A stretch of 64,000 bases of DNA, taken from Camelus ferus. Its lineage: Eukaryota. Below are positions 54,801-62,785 of this stretch, in pieces (position 1 is the stretch's first letter; the number at the start of each line of letters is the position of its first letter). The stretch spans positions 120,158,001-120,222,000 of the forward strand of contig NC_045696.1 of NCBI RefSeq assembly GCF_009834535.1, read 5' to 3'. The notes below the pieces were generated by a model that saw nothing but the letters and a program-made list of their open reading frames with translations, ran no database searches and had not been told where the DNA came from. Made by a program: the position numbers and the translations under genes.

Positions 54801-56665
54801 ATTTCATATTTGCTAAACCTAAATGTAAAAAGGTCTTTTAGACTGAAAACAGGCCAAAGACATGAATGAGGATTCAGAAAAGAAAAAATACAATAAATCT
54901 GCTGTTGTTTGACCTCACGTGAAGTCAAAAAATACAAATTAAAGCTAGATACTCTTTTGTGGCTCAAATTGGAAAGATTTTTAAAATGAAGGGGAAAAAA
55001 AATCCCTATCCAAAGTTGAGAAATGTAGGCATGTCCATTGGCACAAATTTTCTGAAGAGCCATTAATGCACGTCAGCATTATCAGAACTTATATGGGGCT
55101 GTAGTTGGACAGATATGCACAGATGCACGTTCCAGTAAGGGATGCTGGCGGAAGAAGTTATGAGATGTCCATGTTAGACCAGATGACTTTGCTCTCAATT
55201 TATTGTTGGAAAGAATAGATGTTTATCACACAATAAGGGGAAAAGAAAAAGATTCAGAATAGAACATACCCTGAGCTCCAAGTTTTATAAAATAAAACAA
55301 CAAAGTATATCTGTGCATATGTGCACATACATATGATAAATTAAGGGTGATTTTAATTTTTTGCTTTCTACTATTTTCCATGAAAATAGACTACTTGTGT
55401 ACACACACTCACACATAATATAATATAATATATTTTTTATTATATGTATGTACTTTAAGGTACTGTGTGTATATGTACGTGGGTATGTGTGGATACAGTT
55501 GCAGAGTAGCTCAGGATATTAGGTTGAAGGTGAGCACAGTGTGAGCTCAGTGCCCAGAAGCACAGACACAAACGTAGTTACCATAGTCGGAGCCTGGATG
55601 GGGCCAGTTGGGGCTGCTGATACTCCACTGGTGCTCAGAGAGGCAGGCTCTTTGTATTCTCTTGCTCTGCTACTGGGGCAAGGATGCTATTTCCCCGTCA
55701 CCTCATGGTCCAAGATGTCTATCAAGCTTCAGCCAGCAGGGAAAGGAAAGAAAAGGAGAAGAACGTTGTGCCCGCCAGGTTTCTGATTCTATTATCCAGA
55801 ACTAAGTAAGTTGGCTACCCACTCCGGGAAATATCGTCTTTGTTCCAGGCAGCCAGACCCCTGGCCAGAGACTGGGATTCTGTCCTGGAAAAAAGGGAGA
55901 GTGGGCATTGGGGAGCAAGTCGAGGTCTCTGCCACACTCAGGCAGGAGGCAGGGAGGCTCGAGTGTCTCAGAGGAGATGGTTCTCAGCCGAAGCCTTCAC
56001 GTGTCAAACACGCTGTTGCCCGTGGTAACTAACGGTGTCTTCTCTTCTCTCCCAAATCGTCCCCCTTCCAGCTTGTTCAATAGGTAAATAACATTTCTTC
56101 TTATTCATGCCCGCCTTCCCCTGTTGAGAGGCCTTACAGACAATCCCAAATTTGTGTGTCCATGTGTCTAGGTGTCTCCAGATGCCCAGTGTTCCCGACT
56201 GACCTGGTCTTTGCCTTGGACACATCAAATGACGTCTCCCAGCTGGAGTTTGAGAGGATGAGAGACATTGTTGTCTCTCTGTTGATGAAGATGGAAATAA
56301 GTGGGGGTAACTGCCGCACGGGGGCCCGGGTGGCCGTGGTCTCGTACAACAGCAGAACAGACCACCTGGTTCGCTTCTCCGACTACCGGGGCAGGCCCGC
56401 GCTCCTGCGGGCGCTCAGGGAGATGGCCCTGGAAGCGCCCTCCGGCAGCAGGAGCCTCGGGGGCGCCATGAGGTTTGTGGCAAGACACCTGTTCAAGCGC
56501 GTGCGCTCGGGCCTTCTGCTCAGGAAGGTGGCCGTGTTCTTCCAGGCGGGCTGGGCCCAGGACGCCGACACCATCAGCACCGCCACGCTGGAGCTGAGCG
56601 CCCTGGGCATCACCTCTGCCATCATCACCTTCACGGAGGGGCACAACCTCCCGGAGGCTCTGCTG
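2979..56665 (+). CDS. COL6A4: Collagen VI alpha-4 chain, partial spliced CDS (25 exons: N1 vWA, 336-aa triple helix, C1 vWA)
   Basis: All exons are AG/GT-bounded with compatible phases and no stop. Helix is 336 aa with Cys at position 50 and two imperfections, as in alpha3-like chains. Peptides [40 protein letters not shown] and FKRVRSGLL match mouse Col6a4 as recalled. Confidence 0.9.
3690..4010 (-). mobile_element. L1 3' UTR fragment with (TTTA)n tail
   Basis: Same L1 3' UTR family as at 428-655. Confidence 0.8.
4616..4694 (+). CDS. COL6A4: Exon, N1 vWA ([26 protein letters not shown]), 79 nt
   Basis: aacag|GTC...AAAG|gtaagt; vWA VFTDG motif. Confidence 0.95.
5585..6388. mobile_element. 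Tigger2/MER8-like MITE split by an LTR
   Basis: TIRs cagttgacctttgaacaac / gttgttcataggtcaactg with TA flanks. Confidence 0.85.
5659..6236 (-). mobile_element. ERV1-type solo LTR with CCAAT array
   Basis: ATAT target duplication (5655-5658, 6237-6240); - strand AATAAA at 5790-5795 and TATA-like at 5861-5870. Confidence 0.8.
7975..8400. mobile_element. MaLR (MLT1-like) LTR remnant
   Basis: aaatctcagtggcttaa and ctctgctcatatttcattggtcagagctag motifs. Confidence 0.55.
8725..8870 (+). CDS. COL6A4: Exon, N1 vWA end ([12 protein letters not shown]...ILWKQL), 146 nt
   Basis: tttgaag|GATTC...CAACTT|gtaagt. Confidence 0.93.
9106..9198 (+). CDS. COL6A4: Exon, Cys linker and helix start ([31 protein letters not shown]), 93 nt
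   Basis: tttcag|GAC...AAG|gtgagg; CC..C linker followed by Gly-X-Y. Confidence 0.95.
10560..10613 (+). CDS. COL6A4: Helix exon, 54 nt ([18 protein letters not shown])
   Basis: ttctcag|GGA...CCT|gtaagt. Confidence 0.95.
11325..12065 (-). mobile_element. Charlie1-like hAT transposon, interrupted by L1 at about 11698-11919
   Basis: tagtgagaagagtggcattgtttta...cagctggatt..tatctgcttctg matches recalled Charlie1; both ends present. Confidence 0.7.
11698..11919 (+). mobile_element. Short L1 3' fragment with variant tail
   Basis: Degenerate duplication aaaact..ctgtacac on both sides; AATAAA at 11906-11911. Confidence 0.75.
12607..12912. mobile_element. MER33-like hAT MITE
   Basis: tattttatttaacccaatatatccaa...ttggactag.cacattt...cagccac.tgtgg. 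Confidence 0.65.
12990..13608 (-). mobile_element. Two adjacent L1 3' fragments
   Basis: Two copies of the L1 3' terminus starting at about 12990 and 13208. Confidence 0.8.
13801..13872 (+). repeat. Compound microsatellite (CAG)8(CAA)16
   Basis: Read directly. Confidence 0.95.
13885..14335. mobile_element. MaLR (MLT1-like) LTR, GC-shifted
   Basis: ccagattcaag.gaagg...cagacccc.cctctt..gggag.tgcaaggtcac motif. Confidence 0.6.
15590..16165 (-). mobile_element. L1 3' fragment containing (TCTA)n
   Basis: ORF 15985..16203 (-) is the L1 ORF2 C-terminus. Confidence 0.85.
16645..18166 (+). mobile_element. 5'-truncated L1, sense to the gene, frameshifted ORF2, poly(A) tail
   Basis: ORFs 16753..17151 and 17168..17938 are L1 ORF2; flanks aaaagccatgtata / aaaagcatgtata. 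Confidence 0.93.
18185..18545 (+). mobile_element. Older L1MA-type 3' end
   Basis: cagagaaagacaaatactgc...tcacttatatgtggaatctaaa. Confidence 0.65.
18960..19420 (+). mobile_element. L2 3' remnant, CpG-rich
   Basis: gctgtccctctgcctgga...ctccttcctcacctccttcaagcct...atgtcact. Confidence 0.5.
20911..21648 (-). mobile_element. L1MB-like 3' fragment
   Basis: ORF 21014..21259 (-) [15 protein letters not shown] resembles the L1 ORF2 end. Confidence 0.75.
21659..22049 (-). mobile_element. L1 3' UTR fragment
   Basis: Target duplication ctgagtgggttt at 21647-21658 and 22050-22061. Confidence 0.8.
22507..22643 (-). mobile_element. tRNA-Ala-derived SINE (camelid Vic-1 type)
   Basis: ggggagggtatagctcaagtggtagagcgcatgcttagcatgcacgaggtcc on -; 15-bp TSD ccaaaccca(t/c)gtctt. 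Confidence 0.88.
23782..23853 (+). CDS. COL6A4: Helix exon, 72 nt ([24 protein letters not shown]; helix Cys50)
   Basis: ccacag|GGA...AAG|gtgagt. Confidence 0.95.
24380..24471 (+). mobile_element. 5'-clipped tRNA-derived SINE
   Basis: gctcagtggtaga...ggtcctgggttcaatccccagtgcctcc plus A-rich tail. Confidence 0.8.
24915..25125 (-). mobile_element. L1 3' tail
   Basis: Flanked by aaaa(c)ttgcagtttctt duplication. Confidence 0.8.
25231..25257 (+). CDS. COL6A4: Helix exon, 27 nt (GARGFSGEK)
   Basis: attttag|GGA...AAG|gtgagt. Confidence 0.92.
26330..26470 (-). mobile_element. tRNA-Ala-derived SINE
   Basis: Perfect 16-bp TSD tttgccagtcttttta at 26314-26329 and 26471-26486. Confidence 0.9.
26888..26932 (+). 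CDS. COL6A4: Helix exon, 45 nt ([15 protein letters not shown])
   Basis: ccacag|GGC...CAG|gtacag. Confidence 0.93.
27050..28530 (-). mobile_element. Old degraded L1-like remnant
   Basis: T-rich degenerate LINE-like sequence. Confidence 0.45.
28638..28691 (+). CDS. COL6A4: Helix exon, 54 nt ([18 protein letters not shown])
   Basis: ttctag|GGT...CGG|gtaaag. Confidence 0.93.
29995..30720 (-). mobile_element. L2 remnant
   Basis: tcaacaaaattcactgagcatcta...gtcaggaaggcttcattgagggagtaac. Confidence 0.55.
31230..31440 (-). mobile_element. L1 3' tail
   Basis: Poly-T followed by ttattgaagtgtagttgatttacaatgtt. Confidence 0.8.
31968..32030 (+). CDS. COL6A4: Helix exon, 63 nt ([21 protein letters not shown])
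   Basis: atttaag|GGC...TTT|gtgagt; weak pyrimidine tract. Confidence 0.92.
32358..32423 (+). CDS. COL6A4: Helix exon, 66 nt, first imperfection ([22 protein letters not shown])
   Basis: ttcccag|GGG...CAG|gtaaga. Confidence 0.94.
34175..34735. mobile_element. MaLR (MLT1K-like) LTR with an internal 19-bp tandem duplication
   Basis: tgcaagtgacagaaa..., repeated atcaaaacccagtgatgtc, ctcatttggctcattggc. Confidence 0.55.
36537..36844 (-). mobile_element. L1 3' UTR fragment
   Basis: TSD tgtttctgtatt at 36525-36536 and 36845-36856. Confidence 0.85.
37348..37510. mobile_element. MER3-like hAT MITE
   Basis: gctgtccaatatggtagccac.agccac.tgtgg.tattgaacacttgaaatgt. Confidence 0.75.
37578..37631 (+). 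CDS. COL6A4: Helix exon, 54 nt ([18 protein letters not shown])
   Basis: ttgtcag|GGA...CAG|gtaggt; second triplet lacks Gly. Confidence 0.9.
37749..37784 (+). CDS. COL6A4: Helix exon, 36 nt ([12 protein letters not shown])
   Basis: ccttag|GGT...AAG|gtcagt. Confidence 0.93.
41420..41482 (+). CDS. COL6A4: Helix exon, 63 nt ([21 protein letters not shown])
   Basis: tcgacag|GGT...CAG|gttgta. Confidence 0.93.
41645..41890 (-). mobile_element. MIR (representative; similar remnants near 9300, 22350, 30800, 38250, 43720, 56780, 61100)
   Basis: tatttattgagc...gaagtgaggtaaactggccaag.tcgcacagctaggaagtg. Confidence 0.65.
43281..43343 (+). CDS. COL6A4: Helix exon, 63 nt ([21 protein letters not shown])
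   Basis: gaccag|GGA...CAG|gtaggt. Confidence 0.93.
44329..44391 (+). CDS. COL6A4: Helix exon, 63 nt ([21 protein letters not shown])
   Basis: ttacag|GGG...AAG|gtaagt. Confidence 0.94.
44925..44987 (+). CDS. COL6A4: Helix exon, 63 nt ([21 protein letters not shown])
   Basis: tacaag|GGA...CCT|gtaagt. Confidence 0.94.
46255..46410 (+). repeat. Imperfect (CAC/CAT)n low-complexity tract
   Basis: Read directly. Confidence 0.85.
46929..46979 (+). CDS. COL6A4: Helix exon, 51 nt, second imperfection ([17 protein letters not shown])
   Basis: tcttag|GGT...AAG|gtgagg. Confidence 0.94.
47330..48285 (+). mobile_element. L2 3' portion
   Basis: Ends with cctggcacagaataggtgctaagtgaatatttgttgagtgaat. Confidence 0.75.
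48673..48708 (+). CDS. COL6A4: Helix exon, 36 nt ([12 protein letters not shown])
   Basis: cactag|GGT...CAA|gtaaga. Confidence 0.94.
48817..48879 (+). CDS. COL6A4: Helix exon, 63 nt ([21 protein letters not shown])
   Basis: ttttaag|GGA...AGG|gtaaga. Confidence 0.94.
50195..50257 (+). CDS. COL6A4: Helix exon, 63 nt ([21 protein letters not shown])
   Basis: tttttag|GGG...GTG|gtaacg. Confidence 0.94.
51440..52525 (-). mobile_element. 5'-truncated L1 with variant tail
   Basis: ORF 51732..52424 (-), 230 aa, is the L1 ORF2 C-terminus. Confidence 0.92.
52588..52623 (+). CDS. COL6A4: Helix end exon, 36 nt ([12 protein letters not shown])
   Basis: cttccag|GGC...ACG|gtatgt. Confidence 0.92.
53624..53660 (+). 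CDS. COL6A4: Exon, 37 nt, C-terminal Cys linker ([12 protein letters not shown])
   Basis: Long pyrimidine tract, cacag|CCT...TGCC|gtaagt; phase 0 to 1. Confidence 0.92.
54045..54250 (-). mobile_element. L1 3' tail
   Basis: Flanked by gaa(c/t)gtgaccttttg duplication. Confidence 0.8.
56072..56083 (+). CDS. COL6A4: Micro-exon, 12 nt ((P)CSI(G))
   Basis: cccttccag|CTTGTTCAATAG|gtaaat; phase 1-1; restores the NCPCSxG linker; followed by an 88-nt intron. Confidence 0.85.
   Translation, partial: LVQ
56172..56665 (+). CDS. COL6A4: Exon, C1 vWA domain ([17 protein letters not shown]...NLPEALL), 494 nt
   Basis: gtctag|GTGTC...CTG|gtacgt; lies within ORF 56156..56686. Confidence 0.95.
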
Positions 56666-57374
56666 GTACGTGGGGGCCGCGGCTAGGCGGGGGGGTCCAG
56701 GGTGAGTGCCATGTGCCTCGTGAACACCATCTTACTGAATTCTTCCCTGGACTCTACAAGGTAGGTGTTACCATGCATCTCCCTTCCAGAGAGAAGAAAT
56801 CCAAGGCTTAGAGAGGTTAAGTCTATCATCAAAGGTCAGATATCTTATTAGGGGCAGACTGATTTGACCTGCCTTCAGAGCCTGTGCTGAAGCACTGTGC
56901 TAACCGGTATCATGAGGTCGGTAGAATGGACTTTTCTTTCTTCTTTTTCACTCGGGCTATAAAATCCATACCCAGGTAACGTGCGGAGATGGCGCACCAA
57001 TCCTGTCTACGGCTGGATGGATGTTGACATAGGGTTAAACCCCTGCAACCAAGACATGGTTCAAGACATTGAACACCTTCATCATTTCATAAGTTTTCTC
57101 TTGTCTCTTTCTGAACCATAAGATGCTCCTGGCTTCTGTCACAGTCAGATAGTTTCACCTGTTCGGGGTCTTCATGCACACTGAGTCCTGAATTCTTTGT
57201 ACTGGCTTCTTTCATTCAATGCCATGCCTGTCCTCTTTGTTCATCCATGCTGGGTATGTTGTCTTTTTTTTTTTTTTTTTTCCTTTCTGCTCTTCTGAAG
57301 TATTCTAGTGTGTGTATATACCTTATTTATTTATTTATTTATTCATTCATTCATTCATTCGTTCATTCACTCAT

Positions 57375-57930
57375 TTATCACCTTTATTATGGTATGATTC
57401 CTGTACAGTAAATTATGCATATTTTAGATGTACACGTTGATGAATTTTGATAGCTGTGTTCACCCATGAAACCACCACCACAATCAGCATAGCTAACATT
57501 TCCATCACTCCCCAAGAGGTGCAATTTTCAAATTCCCAATTTATCCCTTCCCACCCACTTTAACCTCCAGTAACCATAAGATTGTTCTCTATGTCTGTGA
57601 GTCTGTTTCTGTTTTGTACGTAAGTTCATTTGTGTCCTTTTTTTTTTTTGGATTTCACTTAGAAGTGATATCGTATGGCATTTTTCTTTCTCTTTCTGGC
57701 TTACTTCATTTACAACGACAATCTCCAGGTTCATGTTGCTGCAAATGGCATTATTTTATTCTTTTTAATGGCTGAGTAGTATTCCACTCTATAAACGCAC
57801 CACAGCTTCCTTATCCGGTCATCTGTCAATGGATATTTGGGTTGTTTCCATGTCTTGGCTATTGTAAATAGTGCTGCTTTGAACACTGGGATGCAGGTGT
57901 CTTTTTGAATTAGACTTTTCTCAGGATGCA
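57375..57930 (-). mobile_element. L1 3' fragment with variant tail
   Basis: ORFs 57528..57734 and 57731..57943 (-) match the L1 ORF2 end. Confidence 0.85.
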
Positions 57931-57969
57931 TGCCATGCCACATTTATTTATTGATCTATTCTCTAGACT

Positions 57970-58105
57970 TTTTTATTTATTTTAAAAAATTGTGGGGGGT
58001 AATTAGGTTTATTTATTTGTTTGTTTTAATGGAGATTCTGAGGATTGAACCAGGACTTCCTGTATGCTAAGCACACGCTCTGCCACTGAGCATACCCTTC
58101 CTCCC
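57970..58105 (-). mobile_element. tRNA-derived SINE, diverged
   Basis: ggattgaaccaggac...gctaagcacacgctctgccactgagc. Confidence 0.75.
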
Positions 58106-58611
58106 TGACCAAAGGCTTTATTTTTCTGAGACCCAGGTAACACCTTCTCACAAACTATCTGGGATGATTTATCAGAATGAAGGGTGATTCTCTTTTTAAG
58201 AGATTTCAGGGCGCTGAGGAATATCAGGTTGAGCTCTGTGACATGGCCAATATTCAGCTGTTTCTTACCTGCAGAAATGGCAATGTCAGATGGTTCCACC
58301 TAATAGCTAATGAACTCCACTGTGCGAGACTGTGGAATTTTCTATGAACATTGAACAAGGGGTGAGAGGTGAGAGATTTTGCTGACACAGCTGTGACTAT
58401 GCTTCTAAGAAGCAACAGGCAAAATGGTGACAAAGTCCATCCTTGGGTTTTGAGAAACAAAGTTAAGAGGCAGAGGGTGAGTTCCTGGTTCCCTATTAAT
58501 CCCTCTTGCCTTGCAGAATATCTGGACAGGGATGGGGTGGGGGATGGGGCAATTCTCAATAACTGCCTGAATGGGTTAATAAAGGCAGGGTGAAACACAT
58601 AACAGTCCATT

Positions 58612-59780
58612 ATTTTTATTTTTAAATTTTTATTGAAGTATAATTGACTTACAATAGTTTGTTGGTTTCAGGTGTCTAACATAGGGAATTGATTAGCATT
58701 ACAAAATGATCACCACATTAAGTCCCATTACGATCTGTCACCATTCAAAGATATCACTTAGTTACTGACTGTATTCCCCGCACTGTACACTTCATCCTTT
58801 CGCCTTATTTATTTGGCAACTGGAAGTTCATACCTCTTCATCTCCCTCACCTATATCCTTCATCTCCGCTACCCCTCACCTCTGGGAGGCACCAGTTTGT
58901 CCTCTGTATTTGTGAGTCAGTTTCTGCTTTGTTATGTTGTTCATTTGCTTTGTTTTTTAGGTTCCACACATAACTGAAACCACATGGTACTTGTCTTTCT
59001 CCATCTGACTTGTTTCACTTAGCATAACACCCTCTAGGTCCACCCATGTTGTCACAAATGGCAAGATTTCACGTTTCATGGCACTGTATATATACGTACA
59101 TAGACACATATATGTCTCTGTCTATATGTATATGCAGGTATATAATCATCTTCTTTATTCACTTATGTATTGAAGGACACAGGTTGCTGCCATGTCTTGC
59201 CTGTTATAGCTAATGCTGCCCTGAAGCATGAGGGTGCATGGATCTTTTTGAATCTGTGTTTTGTTTTCTTCAGGTAAATGTTCAGAATTGAAATTGCTGG
59301 ATCATCTGGTGGTCCTATTTGTAATTTTCTGAGGAACCTCCATACTGCTTTCTACCGTGGCTGCACCAATTTATCACCAACTTACATTCCCACCAGAAGA
59401 GCATGAAGGTTCCCTTTTCTCCACATCCTCGCCAATACTTGTTATTTGTTCTCTTCTTGGTAGTAGCCATTCTGACGGGCTTTGATTTGCATTTCTCTGA
59501 TGATCAGTGATGCTGAGCATCTTTTCATGTGCCTGTTGGCCATCTGGATGTCGTCTTTGGGAAAAATGTCCATTCAGGTCCTCTGCCCATTTTGTAATCA
59601 GGTTGGTTGTTTTTGTTTGCTGTTGAGTTTTGTGAGTTCCTTGTATGCTTATCAGATAGACGGTTTGCAAATATTTCCCCCCATTTGGTAGGCTGCCTTT
59701 TGGTTTTGCTGATAGCTTCCTTGGGCGTGCAAAAGCTTTTTAGTTTGACGTAGCCCCACTCGTTTAGTTTTGCTTTTGTT
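58612..59780 (-). mobile_element. 5'-truncated L1
   Basis: ORF2-like peptides at 59374..59670 and an L1 3' UTR. Confidence 0.85.
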
Positions 59781-61971
59781 TCAGACAGTGAGACATGGAG
59801 CTTTTGTCTTGGGCTTTCTCATCAGCGATGAGGTGCCGTTGGAGAGAAAGGTCTCTTTGTCCTTCTGAGTCTTATTTTGCTCTAAAATGGAGAGAGGGTC
59901 CCAGCTAGATGTTATCCAGGCTCCCTTCCAGGTGTAATGGTCTATTTTCAAAAAGGCATTGTCCTAACGTTTGGGGAGTGATGCTCAGGGTACAATTACG
60001 ATGACTCCACACCTTCCTCCCCCCCCCAGTGTTCATCAGTGCTGCTCTCTGAGAGGGGGTTCTGGGCAGACAACGTTTGGATGATCCTTCGTCAAGATGT
60101 TCTTGCCCTCTTAGTTGCTTTAGGTTCCAGTGAAAGGATGTCATAGTGTGTGAGAAGGACTTGCCAACTTAAGGATACGTGCCTGTCAGCTCTGTCCTTA
60201 CTGTACTGCCCTCCTTCTTCGTTTCTTAGATGTATTTTTGCCCCACGATTCTGGGAGATGACTCTGTTCCTTAAATTTAACAATTTACAAAGGATGTTAA
60301 CTGCTACTTACCAGCTCGCATGTAACGAATGACCTAATTTCTGGTGATGACAGCGAGGGGAGAAACCATTAAAAAGGGCAACCCCATCCTTAGAGCCATT
60401 CAGAAAATCCTCATTTCTTCCCAGCTGAGCATCTTCCAGCCCATAATCTGCTCTGTGCTTTATCTTTAGGGGAATCTGGTCAGGGTCATGGGAATAGCCT
60501 GTAATTTTTCTTCTGAATTATCGGTGTGGGGGCTCTCTTTGACAATCGATGGGGCTTTTTGTCTTTCATCTCTATGCTACTTTATTTTTCAGAACAACAC
60601 TCTCATGCTTCTGGAAAAATGATGGTTGTTCAATTTGAATTTGATTGTGTAAACAGGTGCCCTAACTTCTCAGTCTGTTTGAACAGGCTTGGAGGTGGTA
60701 AGGCATCTTGAAAAGACTTATTAAGGCATCCATTGAATCTTCCCAGCCCCAAAGGAAACAGTATTAGAGCATCAGGATTTCTGTGTGCCTAATCTCATTT
60801 ATAAAAACCATTCAACTGTCTGGTGTCTCAAAATACAAGGCTTAATTTGCCCCCCTTCCCTTTTTTTAAAGCCAAAAAAGTGGAGGATTACAGGGAAAAT
60901 GCAATTTGTGTGCCTGGCTTCAAATTTCATTTTTTTTAAAAATAAAAATCTAGCATTTGTTCCCTTGAAACAATAGCTAGAAAAATAGCTCACATTTATG
61001 GATACACGCACTAGGCTGAGATCTCCTCACTTCCTGCTTCATCTGATCCTTACAGAGACCCAAAGAATTAACGACGATTATGGGCTCATTTCTCTGCAGA
61101 TGAAACTGAGACCCAGAGAAGGTAAAAAGCTTGCTCAAGGTATGGAACTCCCATTAGACATGGGATTTTAATTCAAACGTCAAAAACAGGGAAAGGAGAT
61201 AGCTGAGGAGTTCTGAGTTCTTTCCATGTATTGATTTTATCTTTACAAGGATACTGTGACAGATCTATGAGCTGGCCCTGTTTTTATTTCTGTGTGTTGT
61301 GCTTAAAAATAAAGGAATTCTTTTCCATTCTGAAGAATGGAATACTGGCTAGCATGGAGGCAAAAACCAATCAGCTTTAGAAGAAGAACATATTAAGAGG
61401 GAGGCCAAAGGGAATTTGGGAGTAACTAAAAAATTTTTTGGTATTATTTTAGAATTCAGAGAAGTGGCAGGAGGAAGTTCTTTTTCTTTTTTCTTTTTTT
61501 TTTTTTTGAGGAAGTGTTGGGTTGTCCAGACCCTGGTTTCAGGGGCCGTAGACGACCCACTGCCAAGGCCTTATGGGCTGCTGTTTTCCATTAGATTGTT
61601 ACTCCCCGAGAACCGGGATCAGTGACCGAGGGAGGAATTAGAGAAACAAGGCTTCAGACTCCAGCTCTGTCCCTTGTGTTGTTTGGACATGTCCTTTGTC
61701 ACAGTTGCCTCAACCTAGTGACCTGTGAAATGGTGACCAGCTCACAGGTTTGTGGTGCGAGTTGCAAGAGGGAGCGCCTACGGGCACGTGTGACCCTTCC
61801 GTGTGTGTACTCAGTACACGGCCGTTGTCACCGTCACCTCCTCAAGGTCGTTAAGAGTGCACCTTGGCCCTGCTACTGCTGATGAAATCGGAAAGCTTCC
61901 ATCTATTACAGCACCTGTGAAGGTCCAGCTGCCAGGCCACATGCTTTTCATGCCTCATCACTTCACTCTTC

Positions 61972-62130
61972 ACTACTCAAAGGGTGGTCCTGGGACCCCC
62001 AGCTTCGCAGCCTCACCTGGGTTTGGAGAAATGCCAGCTCTAAAACTCCTCCCCTGATGGAATCAGCCAGGCTCTGCATTTTTATTAAACTCCCCCGGTG
62101 GCTTTTCCATGAATGTTAAAGTCTGAGGCA
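61972..62130. mobile_element. MER5A-like MITE
   Basis: ctactcaaagggtggtcc...ctctgcattttt...gttaaagtctgag. Confidence 0.55.
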
Positions 62131-62338
62131 GGTTGGGCTCATCCTCAGACTTAACAGATAGAGAAACCCACAAACTGGAAAGCTCACCAAACAGATGGCA
62201 AGCCACCCCGCCTTCCCCTGCCGATGTGTGGGTCCTTGCCCACCGACTGAGAAAGAATTCTTCATAGAGGCAAAGGGACAAAGGGAAGAAGGAAGCTGCT
62301 TTATTATTCAGAGAGAGAAGGGACAAAATCAGAAAAGA

Positions 62339-62430
62339 GGGGAGGGTAATAGCTCAGTGGTAGAGTGTGTGCTTAGCATGCATAGGTCCTGGGTTCAATC
62401 CCCAGTACCTCTGTTAAAAAAAACAAACAA
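62339..62430 (+). mobile_element. tRNA-Ala-derived SINE
   Basis: ggggagggtaatagctcagtggtagagtgtgtgcttagcatgca..ggtcctgggttcaatccccagtacctc. Confidence 0.85.
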
Positions 62431-62743
62431 TATTCGAGTGGGAAGCCGTCAGCCAGGCAGCCAGCAGAGACAGCCTCAGAACTCAGTCGGCCACAGGGTC
62501 TCTTTATTGGAAGCCTCCGCCCCCACTGTCTTCCCTCCACTGGTGCCAGGCACCTCCTGTTACTGGCTCTTTCCTCCCGTGGAGCTCTCCCCTCTCTTCA
62601 CGGGGAGAAAGAGGACAAAGAAAGAGATACTGGGGGCTGTCCTTGGGGTCCAGGCAGCAGCTGTGGGACGTAAGTCGTCCTGCTGTAGGACTATGTTCTC
62701 AGAGCCAAGGAGCCAGCTGCGGTGTAAAAGAAACAACCTATTT

Positions 62744-62785
62744 TTGTTTGTTTGTTTGTTTGTTTGTTTGTTTGTTTGTTTGTTT
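62744..62785 (+). repeat. (TTTG)n microsatellite
   Basis: Read directly. Confidence 0.9.
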
